The notes: generated from the sequence alone by a model not told the origin. Counted from the whole stretch's first letter, positions 12,278 to 28,279 are shown. The stretch is 63,986 nucleotides of DNA, filler included, from Basidiobolus ranarum (GCA_040143965.1; 3 parts of 3 records of this genome joined end to end with filler, not necessarily neighbours in it); one strand, 5' to 3'. Numbers and translations are program-made.

Positions 12278-13131
12278 CTAGTTCATCTTCTTAATTTTAT
12301 CCAGTAAGTGGTTTATCTGGCCTCGCATGACCGGTTGTCCGCGCGAGGTTTTCTCGGTGTATTTCTTTTTCAGATTATTACGTTGTCTATAGTATGCTTG
12401 GCGTTTCTTAAGTGCATCTTCGCGTTCCTTACGCTCAGCCTAAAAATTGATGTCGTTAGATATGCATTCAGGTCACACTGGAAATAAGTAACTGATATTT
12501 ACTTCAATCACAGCCAGACGCTCCTGCTCTTGACGCTCTACATCAGCCATTGCACGCTTGTATGGATTGGGTTTTGATGAACTGGGTATGCTAAGTGAGG
12601 ATGAATAAAGGAAAAAGAAGAATTCCGAATATTTGGTAATACCTTTTAGGCTTGCCTTGAGTTTTCTTTTCCTTTGAAGTACTTTGAGCATCGTCAGATT
12701 TTGTTTCTTCCTCCGAGTCACTTCTGGTTTTTTCGTACTTGGAAATATCGGAATCTTCAACTTCAGCCCCTCCCTCCTCGAAAATCTAAGGAATTCTTAT
12801 TTTAATAACCTTGATCCTGTTCCAGTTTCTTAAAAATCTAAACATACACTTTTGAGATGGTCTGGTGTCTCTAATACTCCTTCATTTTTTAGAGTCCGGT
12901 AAAATTCCTTTTTCACTTTAGCATTATGAATCAATTTTTGTTTGATCTTTGTGACTGAATTAATCAAGATAACGGTCAGTTTAATGAGAAATAACAAACA
13001 TCACTCGAATAACTCAAACCTTTATCAGTGTAGACAGCTCCACGATCTCTTCCACGACTTCCAATGGACTTAAAGCCACCTCTGGATCCTCTTCTGTTAT
13101 TAGGGCCACCACGTTGATTACCTGATTTCAT
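12278..13131 (-). CDS. FYV7: rRNA-processing protein Fyv7-like (multi-exon)
   Basis: RGG-rich start MKSGNQRGGPNNRRGSRGG, then KIKQKLIHNAKVKKEFY, a basic coiled region, and the C-terminal KTSRGQPVMRGQINHLLDKIKK signature. Confidence 0.75.
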
Positions 13132-14021
13132 GTTGATTTAACAAAGTAAAGTATATGTCAACTATCGAAGTTTCTCATGTTTAAACTAATAAAATATCAA
13201 CCTTCTAGGATTTGCTCAAAAAAAAGAAAAAAAAAGGAAATTTTCTGAAGGTTAGGATACTACGATTAAGGAATAGACTATTCTAATAAAAATAATTCCA
13301 GATTCTCCATAACACTACAAGATAACTTACGATTTAAGCAGCAAAATTTCAACGATATTCTTTGAATAGCGAAAGTGTTTAGGAGTGCTATTAGACGAAT
13401 TGATTGCTTATTAGAAATGGGTTTTCTCAACATGAATGTAAGTCTAGAATAGCTAAAGGGTGGTACTATTGATTAGAGTCTTGGATTTAATTATGCTCAA
13501 ATGTGAAAGTGATGAGGTGCGTCTAGTAAAGAGCTTGCTACAAATCTCCTTAAAAAGCACGTCAATGGTTTGATTAGACATACTAAGTAATTATCACATG
13601 AGATCAACTTGTCTTTTACTGTGGGTTAGGTTGACGGGGAATGGCAGAGGATTAAAAATATCGCGATTTAGCAATGTTCGTTTAATTTATCAAATAAGCG
13701 ATGAGATCTGTAGATATGTCTCCAATGCTATCGTGGCAAAATCAAATTAAAAATCCAACTACCCTACTCTAAATGTAACTCCTGATGGTGATAATTTTCA
13801 AACTAGTCCTGACTTTTTCTCTTTAACAATTGACTTGAGGTACGCGAATAACATCAAACACCACCATAAAACTAAATTCATATCAACTATAATCCTAGTC
13901 TACAACCTCCTTTATCTTCGGACTGGATTTATTTCTACTGTTGCTATCGTTCACAACCTTTTAATAATCTTAATAAAAGCTCGATACCAACCACGACCTA
14001 ATTGTTAACTGCCTAGCAATC

Positions 14022-17110
<3,089 letters not shown>

Positions 17111-18882
17111 ATATGTTTGGGCTTTGATCAAGGGTAAAGAATCTCTAGTGAGTTATATTTTCCTCTTTATAATAGCCTTTCTTTTACATTCACCATTCCG
17201 TGTTTTATGACATTCCCTTTCTCACTGTTTTAGAAGCTAAGAGGGAATATTTTTTTGATTGCTTATCTCTGCTTAATCGTACTATGTGCTGTCCTAACTT
17301 GATTGTCGTCTAATCTTTGGCTAAGCAATCATTCTACTTCTCTTTTGTTATTTTGACATCACAGATTGATGCCTTCATATTTTCACGGCTCCTTTACTAT
17401 TCATATTTGTTTACCTTTCTTTCTTATTGTACAAAACAAAAAAAACTTAAAAACTTCCACCACTCTTGTTTTAGCTAGCTTTCCTTCTTTCAATCACTAT
17501 TACTGTTCCACCATGCTATATGTGCATAGATAGAATCTCCTTTCAATGGTCATATTTAGTTCTAGTTTGTCCCTTTATACCGATACGACTTTTACACATC
17601 ATTTCAAGTAAGTAACAGGTATCGAGTTTAATTCTCGGTCTTTCTCCTTCTATTCCTTGGTACACACAACTAATAAAGATGAGCGCCGAAAGGAAAGATA
17701 TTTGTTACTTTTCAAATCAAACGTCTGAAAAATGATTAACTACATGATTACTCAAGTACAGCATTAGTTATCGCAATATATGTCGTTTACGAACCAACCT
17801 CAAGTGTACAGTAACGAACTAATATCCTTCTGAACTTACAATGTGAAGTGGTTTTATGTTTGCATATTATAGAATGCACCCTTTCCGAGAAAATGTAAAG
17901 CTCCTTACCGACTTTGCATACGACAACGCTTCATGTGCCTATGTATACTCTTCAAATTCAAGTAAAAACTCTGTATTGTGTTTTTACTTTTCATACTGAC
18001 TCTTAAAATCACGTTACTTGCAAGTTATCTTTTTGAAAGAAAACCTATTCTGAACCTTAATGTTTCTCTACTTCAGAAGGAGATTCATTTAATTAATTTC
18101 CAATACTTTTGTATTGACTGTAAGATACTACTTGAACTAGTACTAGACTAGGAATATGTTTGAAATACACTTCTCTTATTTTTAAAAGTAGCTACTTCGG
18201 TTCTTTAACTTCCTCTATACATTGTATACACTGTGCACCACTTTCTATAATCTATTCTAGAATTGATGCAATATCATGAAGTTGTTTAGAGATAAATTAA
18301 AATTCCTCATTATTTCGTTCAAGTTTTTAATACCAACTGATCAATTGAAAAAATTCCTATTAAAATTCCAAATTGCTAGTGAATCAAACACGTATATAAA
18401 TAATGATTGAATTCTATTCGTTGTTTTGGAAACTTTCTAACTGGTTAGATTATCAATTCATTGTTCATCCATTCACGTGATTTCTTATCAATAGCCAAAT
18501 TAACTGGTAATCAAGAAGAAAAAAAAATCCCCCCCTCAATATTAGATCAAATTGAGGGAGGGGAGAGATTTTATCTTTAGGAACCCATGCTCAATCCTAG
18601 TCGTTCTTTAACCGAATCCTCACCCCAAGTCTAAAGTTGAAAGTAAGAAGAGTACCTCCCCTGTATTCACTTAAGCAAGTACGTGGGGAAATTTGACTTT
18701 ATTTACCAACCGGGGTTCAACTCTAAACCAAAAAGAAGTACCCCTACAAACCCTAATACTAAGCTTAGCGACCGTTCCTAGTTTAGCAATACAAGGCCCC
18801 TAAAGAAACCCCTGTCGTTCTGTTTGTTCAGTTCGTAGCTGGTAAACTTAGTATCACTATATATTATCGAGGTGTGTCCAAG

Positions 18883-20223
18883 ATGGAGAGTCACTCGACT
18901 AACACTGCTCCAACTTATCCACCACCCATACCACCTATATCACTTGCTTCACTCATAGAGCCGGACTCAACTACCGAGCAGCTATTAGCAACTCTTTCTG
19001 GAGAACAATTATTAAGGATCGAAAAAACCGTGCAAAGAATAAAACGTAAGAAAGCGAACGAAAACAAAAGACGCGAAACGTACATAGCCAAACAACATAG
19101 TAATAACAATCTAAACCCATCTTCACCTATTATCGACACACTCCTTTCCCACGATGGTTCAAATATCGCTGATATCGCTAATATCGCGGCTTCTGTAAGT
19201 TCAAATGAACATGGCTCACCCACAAGTTCAACTCATAATCCTTGCGTACTTACAAACCCGGCACCAAACCATGCACTACCAGCGACTTCACCCATCACTC
19301 AAATGAAAGAAGGTGTAGAATGGGTCACATTTACGTACTCTGTGAAGGGTACCAACAAGGAATATCAAATTCGTACAGATATAGATCACATCTCTTTAGA
19401 TGATATCGATAGCCAATTCAAGCATGATAATTGTCTTTATCCTAGAGCCTTTTGCCCAGAGGACAAATATCAAGGGAACCGGTGGGCCTACGAAACTGAA
19501 TGTAATATGCTTGGCTGGAAGCTGTCATACCTTAACCCTGATGTAATTTGCGGAAAACGCGGACTATTACAGCGTGCCGTCGATTCTTATCGTAATCGCT
19601 ACCCAGAGTTACGTTCTAGACGTGTGGTCAGACAAGAGAAATTGATGAATGGCACCTTACGAAAAAGATCCTCACGGGATAGTGAAGAACTGCCCGATCC
19701 GAAACGAAGCCGGGCACCAAAGAATCTTACCTTAGATATCGTTTCAAAGGGAATTTCGATGAAAGTGAGAATACGTGTAGATATTGAGGAAGTAAATCTG
19801 AATCAAATCGACGAGCTGTTTAAAAAAGAGAATTGTGTATATCCAAGGGCGTTTGTGAAACAGGAAGAGTATGCTGGAAATAGGTGGGAATACGAGTCGG
19901 CTTGTAACCAGTTAGCTTGGAAATTAGCTTGGCTAAACCCTGTTCGTTTAGCTGGACGTAAATCATTACTGCAAAGAGCCGTAGACAACTACCGTTCTAA
20001 GTTTACTGATTTCAAGCCAAGAAGAGGAAAAGTCACATTATTTAACAAGCTTGTTCCCCAAGAAGAGCACTCAGCAGCCAGTAATACGCCAAATCTAGCC
20101 GATTTACTTATGCATCATCAAGGAGCCGAAGGACTAGTTTCAGTCAGTGCCGATGACACTGATTATAAAGCTGCTGGCCTCACAACTGCTGAGTTGATTG
20201 GTGCTTTGACGGGGGAAACGTGA
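18883..20223 (+). CDS. Uncharacterised protein with two tandem copies of a conserved fungal domain (CxYPRA...YxGNRWxYExxCNxLxWKLxxLNP...GxxxLLQRAVDxYR)
   Basis: Long intronless ORF with a clear internal duplication (about aa 148-250 and 285-382), plus basic NLS-like patches (RIKRKK, LRKR, KRSR). Confidence 0.85.
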   Translation: MESHSTNTAPTYPPPIPPISLASLIEPDSTTEQLLATLSGEQLLRIEKTVQRIKRKKANENKRRETYIAKQHSNNNLNPSSPIIDTLLSHDGSNIADIANIAASVSSNEHGSPTSSTHNPCVLTNPAPNHALPATSPITQMKEGVEWVTFTYSVKGTNKEYQIRTDIDHISLDDIDSQFKHDNCLYPRAFCPEDKYQGNRWAYETECNMLGWKLSYLNPDVICGKRGLLQRAVDSYRNRYPELRSRRVVRQEKLMNGTLRKRSSRDSEELPDPKRSRAPKNLTLDIVSKGISMKVRIRVDIEEVNLNQIDELFKKENCVYPRAFVKQEEYAGNRWEYESACNQLAWKLAWLNPVRLAGRKSLLQRAVDNYRSKFTDFKPRRGKVTLFNKLVPQEEHSAASNTPNLADLLMHHQGAEGLVSVSADDTDYKAAGLTTAELIGALTGET

Positions 20224-21441
20224 TCAGGTTCAATATAGCATTGTTTGTGGGGATTTTAAGCAGCATCCTTTAGGTATTTCCATTGCAACATATTGATTAT
20301 GTGATGGTTGAAGAAATATGATTGATTACCTCCCACAGTACTGATTCATATTTACTCTGTTGTTCATTCACCCCATTAGCGAACGTGCTCACTTGAATAC
20401 TCGATTTCTAGCCATTTTTGATCCCACTATCTCATATTTAATCCTTTCTTTTCCTGCCCTCACTTCACCATCAAACCTTGTATCTATCTACAAACCCATC
20501 AAGTTGTACTTTTCAACCATCCCCAATTATAGTGAATATGAAGTCGACATCTCGCTAAATTATTGCTCCTTTAACCGCATACGTAAATTGCATTCGTTCC
20601 ACCGTTCATTTTATATATTTTAGGCCGAAACTTTAACTATTGTTATAGAACAAGATGTAGATACGAAAACCCAAAAACTCCCCATTTAGCTAATTCCCTT
20701 TTCTATACGAATTGCTTAGCCCTCTAAATAAAACATATTGTGAGGTTTTAACATTCTACGCTTGAGTTTAAAAGATAGGGTTTCATCCAATTAAGGGGTT
20801 GAATTTACTGAGCTAGAGGCTTACATTTGTCGATGATCAAGAAAACTGGTCAAATTCGAATTATTGTTACTTTACATCGTTTAGGAAGTATATTCAGTGG
20901 AAGAAGTGACCGCAACCTTGGTAATTCAGGGAGGTTTGGATCTCTAGAAGCATGTTGCGTTTCTTTTTATGAAGTCTAGGAATGTAAGGGTCCTTGAATC
21001 ATCACTGGAGTTCATTGTCTCAAGAAGGGCATACTAGCCTCATATTGCATTGTTTAGTGGAAGTTCTTCATCAGGAAGAGAGTTGAGGAAGAGGCAGTGA
21101 TCCTCAGTGATTCACACGATAGAGCTATGACCACATGTGACGTAGCCAAACGAATATCTTGTTCACAAACACGTCTGGCCATAAGCTACGTATTAATGTA
21201 GAGGTGAGCTTTATTGATGTTACATCCAAAGGTAAACTGACGAACATGCTGGTTAATTAATAAAGTTAAATGATAGAGTAACTCCATAGAGAGATGGTAA
21301 GAGTATTCAAAGATAAATAAATATACTTGTATGTACAATAAAACGGTAACCAATTTTGAACATAAACTTGATAGGAAGAGTGTTCGACGATCAAGAAATT
21401 AATGGTGAATATTACTATTAATATAAAAATCAACAGAGAAC

Positions 21442-21714
21442 TCAGAGAATTGGCGAATACTTCTGTACAAAGTAGCTGAATCTCTGAGCAAGGGCACGAT
21501 GATAGCTGGCCTCCTCAGAGGTGATCAAGCGTCCGCGGAAGTTGACTTCCGGGTGTTTATGTTCAAAATAGGAGGAGCTGTCGAAGAGATTGATGCACTG
21601 GGATCCAGTGGTAGAGTTGCTACGAGGTGTTGGTAAATTCGAATCAGAGTAAAGTTCCTCAAAGCCAGGAGGAATGCGATAAATTGGACGACTGATGCCG
21701 ATAGGGGAGTTCAT
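21442..21714 (-). CDS. Small hypothetical protein (90 aa)
   Basis: ATG in an AAAAA-ATG context, TATAAAAA about 55-65 bp upstream, more GC-rich than its flanks, AT-rich 3' region; no recognisable family. Confidence 0.5.
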   Translation of the reverse strand: MNSPIGISRPIYRIPPGFEELYSDSNLPTPRSNSTTGSQCINLFDSSSYFEHKHPEVNFRGRLITSEEASYHRALAQRFSYFVQKYSPIL

Positions 21715-23071
21715 TTTTTGATCTTGAGGATATGGTGTTCACAATGATGGGTGAGGTGGTTGCTACATCTTTTTATATTTTTTAGAGCCAAATGGATGTA
21801 GCACCAGAGTTTAAGCTAATTCCTAATAAAGGTGGCATATGGAGTGTTGTTAATCTTTATACGCCAAGCGATAAAGTCTAAACACCTTTAAGGAATCCTT
21901 CGCCAAGTACAGAAATTCCTCTTCTAAGTTCTACACTGATAGTCCAATCCAATTGCACCATTCCTGCCATGCCATTGCTAACCAATTCTAGTCATTATGC
22001 AAGTGATTTCCCATCCAACATATAGATTGCCTATGCTGAATGACCGACAGTGAAACATCGTTCGATTGAGGCTGTTTATTCGTTAGGTTTGGCTAGTGAC
22101 TATTTGGCTAATTCGTACTCAACTTGGTGCGAGAAGGCGGTGTCTCGGTTTCCATATTCGTAATCCGTAGTAGAACTCAGGCCTTTTCTGTGAGTCATAT
22201 GCCGCTGACGAATCAATTGCTGATGATTGATCATATTGCTATGTTCTCGCTAATCTTTCTCTATTTGGTGATTTCGATCTGTGGTAGCAGTGCCAAGCTG
22301 ACTGGTAACAGAACTAACATTGTCCCGATTTCTCAGCATTGTTCACCAGTCATCATTCGTCTACTTGTGATTCTGTGCGACTTCTGGGAGAAATAAAGTG
22401 AATAGTGTCCACTAGCAGCAATTTCTAGGTCGGATTGCAACTGATGAGAAGATTTTTCAGAAACATGAGGTAACAGAATGTGGATTATGTTGCAAATGCT
22501 TTCTTGACGAAGAGGTATCTAATTAAGAGAATCAGCCATAGAAATAATCAATCTAAATAAGGCCAAATCTTGAATGGGATTTTCCGACTTGGGTCAAACC
22601 ATATATTGGAAATATAAGCCACACTCCTTATCATCTGCTAAACTAGCCTAGGTTGAAGGGCATCTGCCAATGTTAATACTGGTATTGATGAGGCAAATGT
22701 CTACCAGTACACTAGCAGCGTATCTACCCATAACGGGAAAGGTTGCACTAGAGTTGATGCATGGTGCGCTTTCTTCAAGCTACTTTATTAGATTGTGGTT
22801 GTACTATATCGCATACTTTTCACTATTCACTACGAATCTAGGAGAGCAAGAGTTTACAGTCACGGGCCACTAATTTTGTCAGAATAGACCTAGTCGTTCG
22901 AACCCTCATTTCTATTAACTGCTCTGGAAGCTGAGGTGTCCGTTGGAATCGCATCAGACAGAAATGGGTCTTGTTCATCGTTTGTCCAGCAACACTGACA
23001 CGTTCATCTGTAAGGTAATGGATTAGCAACCATTCCATTATCGGAAACATCTGTACTCACCAGTGATTTCT

Positions 23072-23171
23072 NNNNNNNNNNNNNNNNNNNNNNNNNNNNN
23101 NNNNNNNNNNNNNNNTTAATTAATTAANNNNNNNNNNNNNNNNNNNNNNNNNNNNNNNNNNNNNNNNNNNN
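23072..23171. other. Assembly gap/contig linker (N spacer with TTAATTAATTAA)
   Basis: 100-nt N run with a central six-frame-stop 12-mer. Confidence 0.98.
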
Positions 23172-24588
23172 TAATATGATGGCACTGTTTATCATCATCA
23201 TCATCAATTCTGTAAACGTACTACATCACCAGTATCAACCAGGTCCGAGCTTATGAAGGGCACCAAATATCCTCTATTTCATAACCATCTAATGCATCTC
23301 ACAAATGATCAAATTGTGGTGGATGAAGGATAGCATCGTTGACATAGCATGGGTAAAGCCTACAATTATACGCTCATCATGTAATAGCCATAAGATAATG
23401 AACTGTTATACTCTGCTATTGAATATGTACACTCTAGATGGAGATATGACACAGAAGCATGGAGACTTCAGTATTAGTCTCATTTAGAACGTTTAAAAAG
23501 CACTCACTGAAGGCACTATTCTTAACGCACACAATGACCCTAGGCTTACTTTATTGCAGCATGGCATTTACATCATCACTGTTGCGGAAACACCAAATAT
23601 TGAGTTTCCTATCAAGCAGTAAATTTCAACTCATTCTTGCACCTGACTGGGCAAATTTCGAGAAATATCTAAACCTGAACCATAGATTAATATCTCGTGG
23701 CAGAGAATGATTTTGTCAGTTTAGCAGTTAAAATATTAGAAAGCACTTCAACTGGTGCTCTCAATCCAATTACTTTTGCTTAGAATTTCTATTACCCAAT
23801 ATGATACTCAATTTAATATAGAGTACTCTAATATCACGTGAATGGTACTTCCCTCAAATTGTTCAAGTACCATGTTCATTTTGTATTAAGTAAATGATTG
23901 GTTATGAACTTAATAATTTTCATAAACTATTAACGCCCAACTCAGTTATTTATAGCACTTGTAGAGTGCTATTTCTAGTGTATAATAACCAAGCTAGCCT
24001 TTTATGGCAATCGCTGATCGCCCATTCAAAGAATAACGTGGATTTGCCACATTAAATTGAAGAGAATGCTGGTGAGTTTGAAGAGTAATGCTTATAGTAT
24101 AACGTATGTCTTTATCTCACACAATATCTACTGATGCCTAGGGATAATTTGTGCTACTATACTTCAAAGTAAGTAGCTTGTCCAGTACTTTTGAGTGTAT
24201 TCGCTTCATGATAAAATCACTGACGTGAGAATTCATTTATTTCAATCAATTAAAACTGGATCAGATTGGCCGATCATTGATTCTTCAAAATTATTAAGTG
24301 ATATTGGATTCACTTCTATAATGGCGTTGATGCTCTTGAGTGGCGCCAAACAAGAGGTGAGCGCCAATAAGAAGTTCAAAAAGGAAATTCCTGAGTGTGA
24401 ACAAACTCCATATTTTCAATCGAATGTTGTGTGGAGAGTAGAAGTTGGAGTGTATATATTGGTCAAGTAGTACCTGGGAATGACCATCTATATAAAGACC
24501 TAGTGCTTCTGAAAGACAGAAATCATCCATCAAGTACATAGAAGAAAACTCAGCTCCTTTCTTTTTATCCTACATCAAGAAACTCATT

Positions 24589-25656
24589 ATGAGAATCAGT
24601 ATCTATACACTTTTCCTTGCTGCCTGTGCTTCTACAGGCTTAGCTCAAGATAATGCCATCTCCGGTGATCTATATCCGGTCAATTCAAAGTGGACAAAGG
24701 AGTATGATCTCTCCAAGGTGCCAAATAAGCCATTGAGAGCTGTGGGTTCTGGAGTTTGTAATAACTCTAATTGTGGGCCTGATGATTGCGATAAATGTTT
24801 CGAATCTTGTGGTAATTGTCCTCTGAAAGAAGATGTCTATGGTTGCGAAGCTGGTAAATGGGCATTGACCTTTGACGATGGTCCTTCGGATTTTACCCCT
24901 CAACTTCTCGATATATTGGCTGCTGCCAAAGTCAAAGTAACCTTCTTGATGGTTGGATCCAACGTTGTCAAATACCCTGAGGTGGTCAAGAGAGCATTCG
25001 ACGAAGGACATCAAATCTCTCAACACACCTGGTCACACCCACACTTGATGAGTATCTCCAATGAACAGATCGTGGCTGAGCTTAGAGCTACTGAGGAGGC
25101 TATTTTTAATATCACCGGAGCTCGTACCGCTTTTGTTCGCCCACCTTATGGTGAGGCTGATGATCGTGTTAAAGGTGTCTTTAAGGCTATGGGATATCAC
25201 AATTTACTCTGGAATATGGACACGCTAGATTGGGATATTGTAGAAAAGAAGCAGAACCCTGATAAAATTCTTGACTCCTTTAAGAATGTTCTGGCTAAAG
25301 GTACAGATTTAAACCCTTTCAATAGCCCAGGTTTCATTTCTCTTCAACACGACCTTTACGTTGATACGGTAAAGCGTGTTCCTATGATTGAACAACTCTT
25401 GGCCCAAAACAACTTCCACTTTGTACTTGCCCATGATTGCATCAACACACAACCTTACCAAAATATCGTCGATAAGGAATCGTCATCCAAGACTTCAGCT
25501 TCCGTTGCACAAGAGTCAACCGCTAAAGCAGCCTCCAGTACTCCAAGCACTGGGGTAGCAGCGGCAGCCGCCGTATCTGGAGTATCAAATATCGAAAGGA
25601 CTACTGCGATCTTTGCGCTTGTATTGTTTGTCTCTACAGCCATACTTTCTTTTTAA
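24589..25656 (+). CDS. Chitin deacetylase (CE4/NodB), secreted, probable GPI anchor; copy 1
   Basis: Signal peptide, Cys-rich segment, TFDDGP, HTWSHPH, RPPYG, DTLDW, LQHD, Ser/Thr/Ala-rich tail and hydrophobic C-terminus. Confidence 0.95.
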   Translation: MRISIYTLFLAACASTGLAQDNAISGDLYPVNSKWTKEYDLSKVPNKPLRAVGSGVCNNSNCGPDDCDKCFESCGNCPLKEDVYGCEAGKWALTFDDGPSDFTPQLLDILAAAKVKVTFLMVGSNVVKYPEVVKRAFDEGHQISQHTWSHPHLMSISNEQIVAELRATEEAIFNITGARTAFVRPPYGEADDRVKGVFKAMGYHNLLWNMDTLDWDIVEKKQNPDKILDSFKNVLAKGTDLNPFNSPGFISLQHDLYVDTVKRVPMIEQLLAQNNFHFVLAHDCINTQPYQNIVDKESSSKTSASVAQESTAKAASSTPSTGVAAAAAVSGVSNIERTTAIFALVLFVSTAILSF

Positions 25657-26786
25657 ACGTTTCTTGAAAGAATTGATACCTAGTTTAAATCGCTATATCT
25701 ACTTAACTTTGGCTAATCTAGCTTGTATCTTATATATATCCGCGTTCTCATCCTTAATACAAAAACTTCCTTATATAGTTTTATCTAGAATCTAAACAGT
25801 ATCTTACTTTATATAATTAAGATACGCAATAAATCGACCAAAACTTGATGCTACTACGGCTTCTTATTCGACTAATATATAGGGATAAATAGAGAATCCC
25901 ACGCGTTCTTTCTATTACACCGATCTCATATTGAATCTTGAACTTTCATTGAGTGAAATGGAAAGTCTTTATTGTCACCACCAACAGGGTACATTTATAT
26001 CCAGGAGCATTCAACCTGGTGAATATGTTAGTTTTTCAAGATAAATTTCTTTCTAGAAGTGGCATTTCTCCCTTTCCCTCCAAGATGAATAACTATTGGT
26101 TGGCTGACTTAATGTTTTTGTGATAATCTTTGATCATATTTAGTCATCAACCTAAATATTTTTAGAAATTATGCTACCAATGCATGGCGCCTTTGAGTAA
26201 CCTCCCCATTAAGCAAATAAATGAAAATTTAAAGTAGTTCCTGTAATCAGAATTCAATCGCCGCTAAAGCTATAAATAATTCCCTTGTTCGGATAAATTT
26301 TAATGATTGTTGTAAATCTTTACTTGACCTAGATACACATTTACTTCTAGTACATTGGGCGTATATCTTTCCATCTAAAGGATTTACTTTTGGGAAAGAT
26401 CAGCCCAAACTGGGTGAAGAACTCTGAAAACTTGAGTGAATCTGACGATGCTTGGGAGTGCAGAACGTCACAATAACAGATGTCAATACAGGATTAACTG
26501 AGCATTACGCCTGTAATGGATATATCGGTGAAGATTATATATAAAAATTTTCCCAAATTATCTTGGAAGATCATAGCAAAAGTATAGGAAATATTTACTA
26601 TCGGTTTATATTTTCCTAAATAGATTTGGAACCAAAATATGGAGGTCTAGATGTTGATAGTCACATTCAAATAGTCTCTTGGAGATGACAAGAGAATGTA
26701 TATATAGACCAAAGGTAGAGTAGTGGAATCAGAGCTTCCTGAATCTACTGAACTTTGATAACTACCCTGTATTTTCTTGCCGAAAT

Positions 26787-27863
26787 ATGAAATTTACTCT
26801 GATTTTACTTGCAGTTGCTTGCGCTGCAAATAGCTTGGCTCAAGATGACTCCGATGGTTCACCCTACCCGGTTAACTCTGAATGGACGAAGCAATACGAC
26901 CTCTCTAAGGTTCCAAATAAGCCATTGAGAGCTGTTGGCTCCGGAGTTTGTAAAAATGCTGAATGTGGGCCTGAGGATTGTGATAAATGCTTTGAAAGTT
27001 GTGGTAACTGCCCTACGAAAGAAGACGTCTACGGTTGCGAAGCTGGTGAATGGGCATTGACCTTTGACGATGGTCCTTCAGAATTTACCACTCAGCTTCT
27101 CGATATCTTAGCTGCCGCCAAAGTCAAAGCCACCTTCTTGATGGTTGGATCCAACGTCGTCAAATACCCTGAGGTGGTCAAGAGAGCATTCGACGAAGGA
27201 CATCAAATCTCTCAACACACCTGGTCACACCCACACTTGATGAGTATCTCCAACGAACAGATCGTGGCTGAGCTACGAGCTACCGAAGAGGCTATTTTTA
27301 ATGTCACCGGAGCTCGTACCGCTTTCGTTCGCCCACCTTATGGTGAGGCTGATGATCGAGTCAAAGGTGTCTTTAAGGCTATGGGATATCACAATTTACT
27401 CTGGAATATGGACACGCTAGATTGGGATATTGTAGGAAAGAAGCAGAACCCAGACAAGATTCTTGATTCATTCAAGAATGCATTGACCAAAGATACCGGC
27501 TTGAACCCATTCAACAACCCTGGCTTCATCTCACTACAACATGATCTCTATGTAGAGACTGTGAAGCGTGTTCCTAAAATCGAAGAGCTTTTAGCCCAAC
27601 ATAACTTCCATTTTGTACTAGCTCATGACTGTATCAATGTATCACCCTATCAAAACGACCCTAACAGTAATTCAACTCAAACTTCGTCTTCCTCTAGCAC
27701 AAGTGTTGCCACTTCTACCCCTTCATCTATTAAGACACCTTCCACCTCACAGCCGGAACCCACATCCCATATTGCATCAAGCGCCTCTGGGATTAGTGAA
27801 TCCATTATACCTTTCTATCTATTTTTGGTTGCTATCCCCATTATGATCAATCTAACAATATAA
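26787..27863 (+). CDS. Chitin deacetylase (CE4/NodB); copy 2
   Basis: All five CE4 motifs intact; signal peptide; S/T-rich tail and hydrophobic end. Confidence 0.95.
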   Translation: MKFTLILLAVACAANSLAQDDSDGSPYPVNSEWTKQYDLSKVPNKPLRAVGSGVCKNAECGPEDCDKCFESCGNCPTKEDVYGCEAGEWALTFDDGPSEFTTQLLDILAAAKVKATFLMVGSNVVKYPEVVKRAFDEGHQISQHTWSHPHLMSISNEQIVAELRATEEAIFNVTGARTAFVRPPYGEADDRVKGVFKAMGYHNLLWNMDTLDWDIVGKKQNPDKILDSFKNALTKDTGLNPFNNPGFISLQHDLYVETVKRVPKIEELLAQHNFHFVLAHDCINVSPYQNDPNSNSTQTSSSSSTSVATSTPSSIKTPSTSQPEPTSHIASSASGISESIIPFYLFLVAIPIMINLTI

Positions 27864-28279
27864 ATGCTAGAATATATTATATTTCAATTTAATAAATAAA
27901 GTAGGGAGCATCTTGATATAGAATATTGGTGGGTAGATTGCATCTGGGAATGTATGTAACTCTAGATCTCATTTGTATTGAACACGTGGTAAAAAGTAAA
28001 TACGCACGCAGATGACGCGTATTATTGATGAAACTAGCATAGATATTGAACGAGCTCAATTATCGAATTATAGTGAATTGTTAAATATTTGTAATAAAGT
28101 TGAATGTGATTCATCAAAACTGGTTTTTAATATTCATTGTAAATCCGATCATTTACATTTAGGGTGGAACAATCAAGATTGTTTAATCGAATCTGGCATC
28201 ATGACATATATATCACAACACCACGCAAGATATAGCACAACATCGATCTAAATTAAAGTGACTGGCTTATTCTAATCTC

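Noticed and set aside
13698-13705. PAC-like motif GCGATGAG between FYV7 and PAP1
   Set aside because: It is about 570 bp from FYV7, and the same 8-mer occurs at unrelated sites (~59129, ~62145); not distinguishable from background.
23116-23127. TTAATTAATTAA palindrome inside both N runs
   Set aside because: Artificial six-frame-stop linker. It also means linkage across the gaps cannot be assumed.
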